Below are positions 22,589 to 36,459 of a stretch of 64,000 nt of DNA, piece by piece. The notes beneath the pieces are model-generated. The model made no database searches and was not told the DNA's origin. It worked only from the letters and a program-made list of their open reading frames with translations. This stretch comes from Malacoraja senta (Eukaryota): positions 186,001-250,000 of the forward strand of contig JAXLNO010000033.1 in assembly GCA_038087875.1 (NCBI GenBank). The letters run 5' to 3'. Every line of letters starts with the position of its first letter. Within the stretch, counting starts at the first letter, position 1. A program made the translations under genes and the position numbers.

Positions 22589-24169
22589 TTAACAATTGTA
22601 ACTCACATTCCTATAAACACACTGACAGTTCTGTCCAGGGCCCCTCCAACGGCAGAGTCAAGTCACAACTAAACTGGATGAAAAGAACCTCATTTTTCCG
22701 CTTGCGGAGCTTGGAACTCAACGGTATGATAATTGAAACCTCCAGTTATATCCAATCACTAAAAAAAAAACCTTCCCCCTCCCCTTTCTCCCCATATCTT
22801 TCTTTATCTATCCTCACCTGTCCTCTACCTAGATTTACAACTACTTCTCCCCTTTCCCTCGCTATCCACAATTCGCAATTCGCAAGCATTCAATCCTTCT
22901 GTCTCACACCTGTCTTTCATCTCTTGCCTTTAACCAACCATTTGACTTCCAAAGCCCCCTCACCTGAGTTCAGCTATTAACTGCCACGCTTTGCTCTGCC
23001 CCTCCTCTCTTCTAGATCTCCTCTCCGTAAACTCAGCCTGATAAGGTTCCAGGCTCTAAACCTCGCCGATCCACGTTCTACAATGATGCTTTCTGGATCG
23101 TTGTTACTCCAGCACTTTGTGTATATTTTGGTAAACCAGCATCTGCAGTTCATTATTTCTACAATCTGAATGGACGATCGTTCCACGTAGACCCGGTAGG
23201 CCGAAGTCACTGTTTCCATCCTGTTTCTTTCAAACATTTAACTCTTGGTTATGGAGTTAAATCAATGAAATATGTAATAAATGGAGGCACGGGAAATCCG
23301 AAAGGAAAATAGAATAAACCGGAACTCTGAAAGAGAATCTGATAAAGGGTGTGTGACGGGGCACATTCAACCGTTCGGCTGATTCTGCCTGATGTACGTG
23401 TTTCCAGTATTTTCGCAATGTATAATTCTACTTAATGAGGCAATAAAATCGCATCCCGATTTGAATAACGGTCTGCCCAGGTGTAGACGTATAAATCAAC
23501 GTTTAAAATATATTTGGCTCAGATGAGTGGAAACCGCAGTTATCGACATAATGAGCAATGGAAGATGGCGTTTGAATAGTTTGGTCCTTTACGTCTGCCG
23601 TCGAAAGAGGCTAAACATTGTTCAAATTTACAGCAATGACTTGAAAGCTGGGATTTGAGTACAGAAGATATTTACCAGAATGTTTCCTGAACTGGACTGC
23701 ATTAGCTCCAAGAAGAAGCAGGACAAACTTGGATAGCTTCTTCTGGAATGCTGAATATTGAAGGGAGACCTCATATAATGTGTAATATTATGAGATGCAT
23801 AGATGATATAGACAGTCAAAAACGTTTCCATTGTGGAACTGATTATACATTTTTCAGGCGAGAGGAACACATTTGAAAGGAATATATACGGAAATATGTT
23901 TTTTTAAATAATTATCTTTATTTTGCATAATATAATAATAACATATTTATTTTATAGCACAACAGACTTTAATGACAGTTATTCCGTTACCACGTAATCA
24001 GCAGGAGCTTACGTGATCTGACAAACATTGTTTGTTTAAATGACCGGCATTAATCCCAATGAATTTCCCTTGATTAGACGTCACATGGTTTATCTGGAAA
24101 ATCAGCTACTTACTTTACAAGCAAGCGACCAATCAGACCACTGACAGGAAACGTCGATCATCTCTGGGC

Positions 24170-27100
24170 ATGGAACTGCTCAAACAGGTAGATAACATTG
24201 TCTACCCTATCCTTGCCTTCATTGGCGTAAGCCCTTTATTATTTTTAGCCGATGTACCTATGTATAACCTTTACTGTTAAAATATGTTTGCTGTGAGCTA
24301 TTGCCCGAGTTACTGATACAATTGTTCACACCGAAAACACAATCCTCACAATCCTATCTACTGACAATAGATCCTTTGCCATATAGACGGGCACGTGGAC
24401 AGGCAGTGATCGTAAGATATGGACCACCTTTAAACGCGAGTTTTGTTTCAATTATCATTACGTTTGGTCTAAACATTGTAGATGGAAGGACGTGTTGTGC
24501 TCACTGACCTATTTTAGACATACAGCATGGGAGCTAACCCTTTGGCCACGGAGTCCACGCCGACCATCGATCACGCGTTCACACTTATTCCATGTTAGCG
24601 CATTTTCCCATTCACTCGCCACGCATTAGCGGCAAATTTACAGACATCATTTACCTATAAACCACTACATCTTTCGGACGTGGGATAAATCTGGAGCACC
24701 CGGAGAAACCCACTGGCAAAATATGCAAGGTACATCCAGTCTATGCCGGTGTTCGCAGTTCGGTATTGTATGTTCTATGTGAATGTTCTAGACCTGTTCT
24801 ACGAGCGGAACCGACTTTAATCACGTCGATCGTGACGAGCAATTGATCTGTGGATTGCGAATAATTTTGGGCGCAAGTCCTCGGCTGGAAAGACGGATCT
24901 TTCTTCATGCGATAGTGCGAATGGATTACGTAAGTCAGACCATTACGTTGCGGAGGGTGGGGGATAAAAATCAATAACCTATGAATTATGAACGGCTCGT
25001 CTACTGGCGCGCCTAGTATTCACGTGTTCTGTCGGTCGTCCATTGTATTAACAGGTACCCGTTGCGGTTGTGCGACACCAATGTGTAGATGGTCCGGACT
25101 TTTCTGATTCCAGTAGTGGCATTAAATTAACCAGATTGTATTTGTTCTTCATCGCCAAACCAAACATCAATGACATCTAATGCGGCGAATTCTGCTCCTG
25201 CGATATAGATGGTGACAAGTACAATTAATCTCTTCTATGTCGCTTAGAAAACATAATAGGATTCACCCACTGTTTTTCCTTTTGATCCGTACTTCCCAAA
25301 TTCACCAAGGATTCCAGAAAAAAATCGATGCGTTACCGTCAACCTGCTGGGAAAGGTAAACAACGAGCAACATTTCGCAAGTCAAAGGAAACTGGACACT
25401 GGGCCGCAGTCTGGCGCAGATCGTAGAGCTGCTGCCTCACAGCGCAGGAGACCGCGTTCGATACTGACCTCTTGTGCTAACTGTGTGAAGTTTGCGTGTT
25501 CTTCCTGTGAGCACGTGTGTTTACCCGGTGCTTCAGTATGCCGTGTGACTGGAAATCCTGTTATGACATTGGCCGCAGGATTCTGTTCATTATTACTTCC
25601 CAAAATTCATCAATATCATTTTCCTTTCAATGCACAAAATGTGCGGGCGACACGAGGAAAAGGAGCAGCTTTCCAAATTAATACATCGATTCACTTTCAT
25701 ACGAAGTATTGTGAGAGTAATATTCTCCTAGAACAATAAATTATAGATGTTTGAATTTTAATTTCGTCTTTTCTATTTTTTTTAACTCAACATTTATTGA
25801 CATAACAAAATACACATCCAGACAAAACAAAGAGACACACAAGTGACAATCGCAAAATGACAAACTACAAATCACCTAACCTCTATTAGCATCGCATCAA
25901 ATCCTCTTAACATTCTATCATAGAAGCATCTTATTCACAGGCACCAGAGCAAGCTCATCCATTTATATCCTTAATCAATCTTGGATTTGTAATAGTACAG
26001 GTTTCCATATAATATTAAAGGCATCAGTCCTCAACTGGAGTTTAGCAGTTATACTTTTCATCAAGTATACATTTTCAATCTTTCCCTCCACTGTTGAACA
26101 TTTGGTGGCATTTCCTTTCTCCATAGCACTGTTATCATCTTTTTAGCAATCAACAGCATCACCCCAAGCAAATATGTTGAATATCTGTCGCTGCTGGAGT
26201 ATCTCCTAATATGAAACAAGCCGGTTCCAAAGGTAGATCCACTCCCAGAATTAATTTATTCTCTACCTGGATGTTTCTCCAGTACTGGTACAATTTGGGA
26301 CAATCACAAAAAATATGTGTGTGATCACCGATCTTCCCACATTGCCTCCAGCATAAATTTGAGGGGTTACTGTATCTTGCCAGCACTAGAGCGGTCCTAA
26401 ATACTCTCATTTTAATGTTCCATTCAAACTCCTTCCAAGAGGGCTGCTTGTCAGCTTGTGGCCCAAGAGACATGTCCTTTCCCATATTTCATCTGTAATA
26501 ATAATGTTCATTTCCAATTCCCATTTCAGTTTTGTCTCTACAGTATTTCCTTTTGTACAGTCTTGAAGTCCTTGATATAAATGGGATATCAAATTCTTTT
26601 GTAACACTCCCTCTATAGTCATCAAGAACGTATTTTCCAAATTTGAAGGTAGTCTACATATCTGTTCCCAATCTACATGTGTCTGTAAGTAGTGCCGTAT
26701 TTGGAGGAACCTAAAGAAATCCGACCCTGACAATCCAAATTCATTCTGCAAGTGCTCATAAGATTTCAAGACTCCCCCACAAAAAAGCTGGTCCACAGTA
26801 ATAAGCCCTTTATCTGCCCAGTTTCTAAATCCCTTATCAATTTTGCTCGGTATAAAATTAGGACGAGCAGCTATCTTCATTGCTCTAGATATCGAATTAA
26901 AAAGATTTAATTGCTTTCTGATAGCTAACCACGTTTTCATCGTGAATTTAATCCAGTCGTTGTCTACTTTTAATTTCTTCCAATTTAAAGTTAGAAATGG
27001 GAGCCCAGCCAGGGCAATACTAGGCAATGCAATTTGTTCTATTTTCACCCATCCCGTTTCCTCGTCGTTCGTTAACCATGCTGTCAAGGTTCTCAGCTGC

Positions 27101-30100
27101 GCTGCCCAAAAATAATATTTAAAGTTGGGCATATTTAGGCCCCCTTTTTGTTTTGATAACAACAGTGTCTTAAGTCTGACTCTGGGTCTCTTATTTTGCC
27201 ACACAAATCTTGTCAAGTCTTTGTCTAACGTCTTAAATGCCGCGCCAGGGACCACTACTGGTAAAGATTGAAATAAGAAAAGCAGTCGGGGCAAAATGTT
27301 TATTCGCACAACTTCTACTCTACCAATTAGAGATAAAGGGAGAATATCCCATCTGTGCATGTCTGCCTTCATCTCCTTGAGTAATTTACCATAGTTAACT
27401 TCATACAATGCGGTGATAAAAGAAGTGATGACAATACCTAAATATCTAAAACCCTCCCGAGACCAGTGGAACCTGACCTGCTCATTTAATTGCCAGGGCC
27501 ACAGACCTGACAGCATAATTGCTTCTGATTTTGAGTCATTTATTTTATATCCCGATATTTCTCCATATTCCTGTAAAACTTGCATTAGGCGAGGCACAGA
27601 GGGAATAGGATTACTCACATAGATCATAACATCATCTGTAAATAGTGAATTTTGTTGTCCCCCCCCCCATCATCTTTAATGCCCTCAATATTATCATCTT
27701 GCCTAATAGTTTCTGCGAGCGGCTCTAAACATGTCAAAAAGCAGGGGACTCAAACTGTCTCCCTGTCTAACTCCCCTCTTTAATTAAAACAACTCAGAGC
27801 AACATCCATTTACCCTCACTCTTGACTTTGGATTTAAATATAATGTTTTCACCCAATTAATAAATGTTGTGTGGAACCCCATTTTATAAAGTGTATATTC
27901 AAGATAGACCCAATCTACTCTATCGAAAGCCTTTTGAGCATCTAAACTTAATAGCATTGAAGCCTGATGCTTCCTTTTTGTACATGTCATGATATTCAGG
28001 ACCCGCCTAATATTATTGGCTCCCTGTCTACCCGGTATGAACCCTATTTGATCAGGATGTATCAATAGTTTTATAATTTTTTGGGTTCTCTTGGTTAATA
28101 TAGCACTGAGTATCTTTAGGTCATTGCATAAGAGACTTATCGGTCTGTAGCTTTCACATCCTGTGGGATCCTTCCCTTCCTTATAAATAACAGAGATTAT
28201 AGCCTCGGCCCATAATCTCGGTGGGTTACCTTCAGCCAAGGCATAATTATAGACTCTAGCCAGAATCCGAGAAAGCTCGTTCTCAAAACATTTATAAAAC
28301 TCTCCTGGAATCCCATCCGTCCCTGGGGACTTGTTGTTCTTTAATTTTTTTATTACTTCTTTTAGTTCCTGTTCTTCTATTTGTGTTGTCATACTTCTCG
28401 CTTCTTCTTGAGAAAGGCATTTTTAATCCAGAAAAGAAAGTTCTGATCTTTTCCTCTTTATCTATGATTTCAGGAGAGTCGTATAACTGTTCATAGAAGG
28501 ATGCAAACGCTTCTGTGATTTCTCGTGGTTGTTAAACTACATTTCTAGAAATCGGATGTAGAACTTTGGAAACTACTCGATTAGCCCGCTCCTTACGCAA
28601 CTGAAATGCCAGAAGGCGACTAGCCCTGTTACCCTTCTCATAGAATTTTTGGTTTAAGAATCGACGGGCTCCTCCCGCTTTATATGTTAGAAGCTCTTCT
28701 AGCTCATGTCTTTTTTGTTTTAGTTCCTTTAACAGATTCTTGTTTCTATTGTTATTTTTGTGTTCTACTTCTAATATCTTTATTTTACTTTCCGCCAGAT
28801 TGCTTCTTCAACCTATTCTTCCTTACTCTACTCGATATTTCAATCATTTTGCCCCTTATTACTGCTTTTGCACCGTCCCAAGGAGTGGATAATGTTACTT
28901 CACTATTGTCATTGTGGTCAAAATACTCTTTAATACAATTCCTAATTTCCTTTGTCACTACGTTATCTGTCAATAAAGAAATGTTTGCTCTCCAGTATTT
29001 AAAACTCTTTTCAGTTCCTAACTCCAAGATAAGGATTATGGGCGCATGGTCACTGATTGTTATTGAACCAATTTTACAATCTACCACTTTATATGTATAT
29101 TGTTTGAGAACACAAAGCATGTCTATACATGAGTAACTCCCGTGCACGTTCGAAAATAAACTATAATCCCTCCCCCTTCGATTTTTATATCTCCATGAGT
29201 CTACTAATCCTAACTCCCCAAGCATATTATTTAATATTTTGTTGTTTTTTTTTGGTTGTACTCATCTGGCAATCTATCCAGCCTCCCATCAAGGACCACA
29301 TTGAAATCACCACCTAGTATTATCATACCTTTGGCATTTTCTGCAATTATATTTGCAATGTCTCTAAAGAAAGAGTAATCATCTTCCGTTGGTGCATAAA
29401 TATTTATAATCGATACTACCATCCCACTTATTGTACCAATTACCATTACATATCTCCCCAATGTATCGTGGAGTACTTTTTCCACAGAGAAAACTACATT
29501 TCTATTGAAAAAGATAGCCACTCCTCTCCTTTTCCCATAGGAGGCACTAAATACCTCACCGACCCACTCTCTTCTAAGCTTTTTATGTTCAGTTTCCATC
29601 AGATGCGTTTCCTGAATCAATGCAACTCCACATCCTAAATTTTTGAGTTGGCTCAGAATTTTTCTCCTCTTTATGGGGTGATTTAAACCGTGGACGTTAT
29701 AACTTACTATCTTTAAATTAGTCATTATCCCACATTGTGTAATCTACTAGTTGCTTCCTATACCATTTTTGTTTCTTGCTCTGGTTAGCCTGTGAATATG
29801 CGCTGTACTCAAAATACAATTTACTAGGGTGCGATGTAACAATAAAAAACATTTCCCAAACTAACAAATCCATAAACAATAAATAAATCATTAAATCAAT
29901 ATACAATACAACTTTACACATGGGACAAAAATATATAAAGAAAAAAGGGACTTCCTACCTATCAAACCCATCTGGACACCCTGAACTAACTGGTGTACCA
30001 GCTCTTCGTCAAAAGGCGAAGAGGTGTGACTAGGTCTCTCCTGGATAGCCCACTTATGTGTGGTTGCAACTACAGTAAGGTTGCTCTAAATCCCACTTTG

Positions 30101-32457
30101 GGATTTTAGAATTACAATTATAACCAAAAATAAATGACAGTTATCTCCCTCCCGCCCCACCCGAGAGAGCCCCCCTCAGTCCCTCTCTTTGATAGTACAT
30201 TTAAATCAATTAGAAAATATAATACATTACAAAACCAGCCGTATATGTGCTGTAAAACGTGGCATAATTACCCTTCATCAAGACAACAAAACAAAACCAG
30301 AGAGTATATGCACAAACTATTTACATATTATTTGTCTCGTCTTATACTATTATCTGATCGTATAGATGTTAATTGTCCACTTCAATAAACTCAATTGTCT
30401 CTTTCAGACATTTTACCATTTGCACATATGACCCACGTTTCTGTGGTTATTTCAAACTTGTCTATAGTCCATCCCCTAGGGTATCCAGTATGGTGCGAAT
30501 ATCTTCCTCTGACAGATTTGCCAATCCTCTCTGGCCGCTTGCTTTATTCGTCCCCCCTGACCAGTGGTCTCGCAGCAGTTCTCTATTCAACACATCTCTG
30601 GACTCCGGTCTGATGAAAATCCCCATCTTCTCCAGTGTAGGTACTGCCTCAGTCAATGTCTTGAAGGATTTAACTCCAGAATCTAGGAAGATCTTGAGCT
30701 GTGCCGGGAATGGAGACTTGGCTTTAATATTTTTCTCCCGCAGTTGATTGATCACCTGTCGTACATCCTTACGCTTTCTCTTGACTTCTGGCGAGTAATC
30801 TTGATCAAAATACACTCTGTCCCCATCATATATTATCTTTCGCTGCTTCCAAGCCTGTTGCAACACGAGATCGTTGTATAATAGTCTAAAAATCTGACTA
30901 TTATAGATCTTGGTGGGGCTAGCTCTGCACTCGGTCTAGCTGCGAGGGACCTATGTGCTCTCTCTATATTAATAGGTAAATCTTCCGGGAGTTCTAGGGA
31001 ATTCCTCAACAGTTCATTTACAAACTGGAACATGTCCTTTTTTTCCTTTCCCTCCGTGACTCCATATATCTGCACATTTTTACGCCTCGCTCGATTTTCC
31101 AGGTCCAGGCATTTCTCTGCTAACTTAGCTTCTCTCTGTAACAGGTAGTTAATCACTCTCTCGTGTCTTATTTCCTTATCTTCTGTTGAACTTACTCTGA
31201 CCTCCATTTCCTTCAATTTTCCTTCCAGCTTTTCCATTCGAGCTGTTCAATCCTTCATTTTATCCTCCACTCTCGTTAATCTCTGTTTTGTATCTTCTGA
31301 GGCTTCTTTATGTTCTTTTCTCAATTCTCTCAACTCGGGGAGAATTAACGGGCTTTCCTTGTCGGACTCGTCGTCATTTGGCGGGACGTCTGTCAGTTTC
31401 TGACCTTCACTCTTTCCTTTTCCTCGGCGCTCGGACGCCTTTTGACGACCCATCATGTCAGACAGCCGTTAGCACTCCTTTCTCCTCGTTTATCACAGTA
31501 GTTATCTTTCTTATGGCTGGTTTGAAGAGGGCCTCCCGGGGAGCAGGTCGATTACACAGCCTTCACTGTCATGGCGTCACCGGAAGTCAATTTCGTCTTT
31601 TCTACAGCGGATCTGTTTACAATCGTTACCCTCTCCAGGAGAAAGTGTGGTCTCTGCAAATGTATCCCCCTCTATCTGGCATCCATGGCCGTCCCTGATT
31701 TAATGGTTCTGATATTCGAGGTAATTCTCTCAGAGATTACTATTTCCGTTTTCATTCCTCAACCGTTCTCACATTTGTAAGCTGCCTATCTTTTTGAATT
31801 GTATTTTCATAGATTGCTCTGTCTGGCTAACAGTGACTTTCACGTTCGATCAATTTGTCACTATTTGCAATCTGAATTTACGAGCAGAATATTGCACTGA
31901 GAAAACTGCGGCTTTGGTGATAGCACTGACGTGTATATTGAGTATTATTCAAAATATTCCAGTATATATTTCCCTCGTACCTCTACATCTGTTGACAACG
32001 TAGCTTGGTACTGTTGGACAACATCAGAATTCCATTTGCACCAATTTTACTGATCATGCTCCTCAACACCATGACAATAAGACACATTGAACACGCCAAT
32101 AGAGTGAGGAGCATTCTCCGAGGGAGCAAACATACCCAGACCGGCGCAGATATCGAGGTGGAAAATAGAATGAAGTGCGTCGTTCTGTTGCTGGCCATAT
32201 CCGGTAGCTTCGTACTACTTTGGATGGTGACCTTCGTGTGCTTCCTGAGTGCATACTTCTTGGACGTTCACATTTTAGGATCAGATTACGACGATCCATT
32301 TACCATTGCAGAACAGTCCGGATATATGCCGAAGGCTCTGAGTTCCTGCACCATCACGTTTATTTATGCGGTGTCCCGGAAAAATTTCAGTGATTAATTA
32401 ACAAATGTGATTAAGAGCCCATTCGTTTTCTTTTCCAATTCAATAAAGTGTTTTTAA
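24170..32457 (+). pseudogene. GPR139-like pseudogene C (exon 1 24170-24226; exon 2 31608-~32457; intron contains a full-length L1)
   Basis: Exon 1 (MELLKQVDNIVYPILAFIG) has 6-nt and 7-nt deletions that make the intron phase 0. Exon 2 is split over ORFs 31571, 31794 and 32005, with frameshifts, a ~50-nt ECL2/TM5 deletion and DRF changed to DQF. Confidence 0.92.
25776..31588 (-). mobile_element. Full-length L1-clade LINE (5813 bp); ORF1 and ORF2 frameshifted
   Basis: ORF1 pieces at 31456-30462 (coiled coil; RRKNVQIYGV..IERAHR..PRSIIVRF). ORF2 pieces at 29725-~26000 include the APE endonuclease (SYNVHGL, IQETH, GGDFN, SDH), the RT (KSPGTDG, YRPISL, LDAQKAFDRV) and a C-terminal cysteine motif (CWRQC..HIFCDC). 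AATAAA and an A8 tail end the element. 16-bp TSD aatttcgtcttttcta at 25760-25775 and 31589-31604. Confidence 0.96.
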
Positions 32458-33259
32458 TGTCACGATGAAACAGAGAAGTATTTTCCAAATTACCTCGTGT
32501 TCTAGGTTACATTATTGCATCTAACGTTCCGAGATACCATTCGCACCATCGAGTCAATACCGACCGTCATGGTAATCCTTGCAGCACCTTTGCCCTTCGC
32601 ACGCCTATTAAATGTATCCAATTACATGCCACTCAAACGCCCACAAACGCCCCAGCGTTTTATGATCAAATCATGGAGCCCATTAACTCCGTCAACCGAT
32701 TTGCTTCTTTGGGACGTGGACGGGATTTGGAGACCACGAGATAAATCCCCGCGGTGGCAGTAAGATAAATGCGAAATCCACACGGTATCAGTGAACAGAA
32801 TCAGAAGAAGGGGTCAGCAGATACATTATCTTCAATAGATAGACACACAATGCTGGAGTAACTCGTTGGGACAGGCAGAATCTCTGAAAAGAAGGAATGG
32901 GTGACGTTTCGGATCGAGGCCCTCCTTCAGACGAGCAGAAATTGATTTTAGAAAAAGGACACGTGTGGTGGAGTAAATCAGCAAGTCAGGCAGCATCTCT
33001 GGGGAACAAGGGTGGGTGACGCGATAACAAGGATCTTCATGTGTTGGTTTATGCCGAAGACAGAGACGAAACGCGGAGTAAATCGTCTTTGGAGAACATG
33101 GATCGGCGACTTTTTGGATCGGAACCCTTCTTCAGACTAAATAAGGTTTCCGACCCGAAACAGCACCAGACCATGTTCTCCAGGAATGATGCCTGATTCC
33201 CGGAGTTACACAGCATTATGTGTCTTTGTTACGTTTTGGGTCGATATAGTAAAGACCTG

Positions 33260-34230
33260 TGTGCCTTTTCTGGACCTTTTTATTTCCAACTGCCGGCGCG
33301 ACATCAACTGCCTTGAATTCTCTACCCAACTTACCGATCTCACCCCTTCTGAACGCAGAGCGCTCCCCTCTCTCAGCAAAAATCCAGACATTGTTAGTAA
33401 ACCCACCAACAAGGGAAATGACATTGTAATCTGGCGGGCTGACCTCTACCCACTGAGGTAAGAGATCAGCTCTCGCACACCTCCTCATACTTACACATCG
33501 ACCTTGATCCCACGGACGCACACCCGGCCATCACCTCCCAGGCTGTTTCTGATCACAGCGCCTCCGGCGATCTCCCCTCCACAAGCACCATCCTCATCGT
33601 TCCCCGGCTACACGCTGTCCGCTTCTACCTCCTCCACAAAATCCACAAAGCAGACAGCCTTGGCAGACCCATTGTCATTGTTTTCTGCTGCCCCTTTGAA
33701 CCCGTCTCTACTTACGTCCATTCCATTTCATCCCTCGTCTTGAGCTACTTCCAACCTCCGTCAACCACAACTCACTCGCCCTTCATCTCTTTAATAACAT
33801 TAGCTATCGAGGCCCCATTGCGTCATTCTCACCATGGTCGTTCAATTCCATCACATCTCTCTCCTGCTCTGAGTTTCAAGGCACTCCGCTTCTTCCTCGA
33901 ATAGAGACACATGCAATGCCCCTTTCCTAACACTCTTCTCCGCCGGCGCAATATCTCCTCGCCCGGAACAACTTGTCTTTAGACTACTCTCACTTTCACC
34001 AAGTTAAAGGTAAAGCCACGTGGTCCCGAATGAACACTGGATATGCATACATTTTGGTCGGGTACGTCGAACAATCCTTGTTCCAGGTGTACATTTGCCC
34101 TTTCCTCCGTCTTTCACCGCCACATCTACGACTGCATCGGGGCTGCCTCCTGCATCAGTGATGTATTGGTTCATTTAATTTCCTTAAGCACTAACGTCCA
34201 CTTTGCCTCCAAATTCACGAGGACAATCCC
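33260..34230 (+). mobile_element. Penelope-like element RT remnant
   Basis: Fragments such as FISNCRRDIN..LTPSERRAL.SLSKNPDIV.KP..KG..IVIWRADLY and ..GYA.ILVGYVEQSLF, typical of PLE RT; many disruptions. Confidence 0.75.
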
Positions 34231-34544
34231 ACCCACCATTCCGAGTGCCGATGAAATAATTTCAATTTCTTGATTGAAGCATTTTTTGAAACTGCACAAT
34301 GTTTAGTTTAGTCGGTCAGTTTCGCTCATTCACGGTGTTGCAGGCTCAGAGAGTTGGAAATATCTGTCCATTAAACTAATCACTGCCGACTGACAGAATT
34401 TATGAGCGCACCTCAAACATTCACAGGTGGGTACCGGTCTAATTCTACACTCTACCATTGACTTGCAGGCGAGAATATTTCCAGATTGCAAAGCACAATA
34501 CTGGCCTCTGTGATGCACAGCTATATATGGAGGTCGCTACAGCA

Positions 34545-35440
34545 GTAGACACAAAATGCCGAGTAATTCAGCGGGTGAGGGAGCATCTATGAAGAGAAGG
34601 AATTGTCGACGTTTCGGGTCGAGACCCTTCTTCAGACTGATGTCAGGGGAGGGGGCTGGACAAAGAAAGAATGTAGGCGGAGACAGTAAGACTAGTGGGA
34701 GAACTGGGAAGGGGAGTGGATGGAAAGAGAAACCAAGGGCTACCTGAAGATTGAGAAGTCAATGTTCATACAGTTGGGTGTAACCCAAGCGAAATATTCG
34801 GTGCTGTTCTTCCAATTTGGCTGGGGCTCACTCTGACAATGGAGGAGGCCCAGAACAGAAAGGTCAGATTGGGAATGGGAGGGGGTGTTGATGTGCTGGG
34901 CCATCGGGAGATCAGCTTGGGTAAGACGGACTGAGTGGAGGTGTTCAGCGAAATGATCGCCGATCCCGCGCTTGGTCTCGCCGATATAGAGAAGTTGACA
35001 CCAGGAACAGCGGATGCAATATATAAGGTTGGAGGAGGTGCAGGTGAACATCTGCATCACCTGGAAAGACTTTTTGGGTCCTTGGATGGAGTCGAGGGGG
35101 AAGGTTAAGGGACAGGTGTTGCATCTCCTGCGGTTGCAGGAGAATTACCAGGGGAGGGGGTGGTTTGGGTGAGAAGGGACGAGTTGACCAAGGAGTTACG
35201 GGGGGAACGGTCTCTGCGAAAAGCTGAAAGCGGTGGAGATGGGAAGACGTAGCCAGTAGTCGGATCCCTTTGGAGGTGTCGAAATGTTGGAGGATTATAC
35301 GCTGTATGCGACGGCTGATGGGGTGGAAGGTGAGGACAAGTGGGCACTGTCATTGTTACGAGTGGCGGAAGGGGGAGTAAGAGCGGAGCTGCGGGATATC
35401 GGGGAGACCCCAGTGAGAGCCTCATCTATAATAGAAGAGG
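34545..35440 (-). mobile_element. Penelope-like element 3' portion (GIY-YIG endonuclease plus terminal repeat)
   Basis: ORF 34740..35060(-) reads FTCTSSNLIYCIRCSWCQLLYIGETKR..FAEH, a GIY-YIG motif. The upstream piece reads PPLSAFRRDRS.RNSLV. The terminal repeat carries a hammerhead-like core. Confidence 0.9.
34608..34635 (-). ncRNA. Minimal type I hammerhead ribozyme motif in the Penelope terminal repeat
   Basis: Minus strand reads CUGAAGA-A-GGGUC(UC)GACCC-GAAAC-GUC: conserved core boxes, a 5-bp stem II, no proper helix III and a GUC triplet. Activity untested. Confidence 0.55.
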
Positions 35441-36459
35441 GGAATTATTCTGCATTATTGAAGCTGATTGGGCATGTTCCTACTTAAGTCAATATCTATC
35501 TCTTTCATCCTGCTGGCATAGAGATAGACATCGGTTGTAAGTTTGCAGATAAAGCAAATATTGCTGGAAAGGGGGAAAGGCTGTCAAACTACACAGTAGA
35601 TGTAGGTCAGATGTAGAAATAGGAGGGAAAATGGCAGTTGGGTTTAAATCCCAGTAACTGGGAGGTGTTGCATTTGGGGAGTTTAATGTAAGACGAAGCT
35701 ATAAGGTTGACAACAGGACCCGTAACAACACAAAGGTGCAGAACGATGTTAGGGTCCAGATCCATAGCTCCCCAAAGGTGGCGCCACAAGCAGAAAGAAA
35801 GGTAAAGGAGGCGTACGGAATCCCTGCCTTCATTGAACGGGCTTTGATTGTGAAGGTCACGAAGTCATGATGCAGTTCTCTCACACTTTCGTTAGGACTC
35901 ACTTGGAGCGTTGTGAGCAGTTCTAGCCGCCCGCAAATAGCAATGAGGCGGAGGCTTTGTAGTGGGTGCGAAATTTTCACTTGAACTGTATTAGTTACAA
36001 GGAGAACATGGACAAACCTGGATCGTTTTTTTCCATTATGACGAAGGTTGAAGTGAGACCTGATATAAATATATAATATTATGAGAGGCATAGATGAGAT
36101 AGACAGTCAGAGACGTTTTCCATGCTGGGATGGACTAGAGGGCATATATTTAAGGTGAGAGTGTCAACGTTTAAAGGAGGTACACAGGCACGTTTTTTTT
36201 ATTTGCAGGAAATGGAACGGGCTGCCAGGAATGGTGGTGGAAACAGTTGTGAGAATGCGGTGGAAGAGGCTTTTAGATTGGCACATGGATATGCGTGGAT
36301 AATTCAACATTACCCTGCTGCAGGCAGCAGAGAATGCGAATATACTAACAAATATATGTTTGGACATAATTCTCTCTATTTTATGCAATAGAATAACGTA
36401 ATATCTATTTTATAGAACAACCGACATTGCTGGCAGTTATTACACAATAACATACTTAG

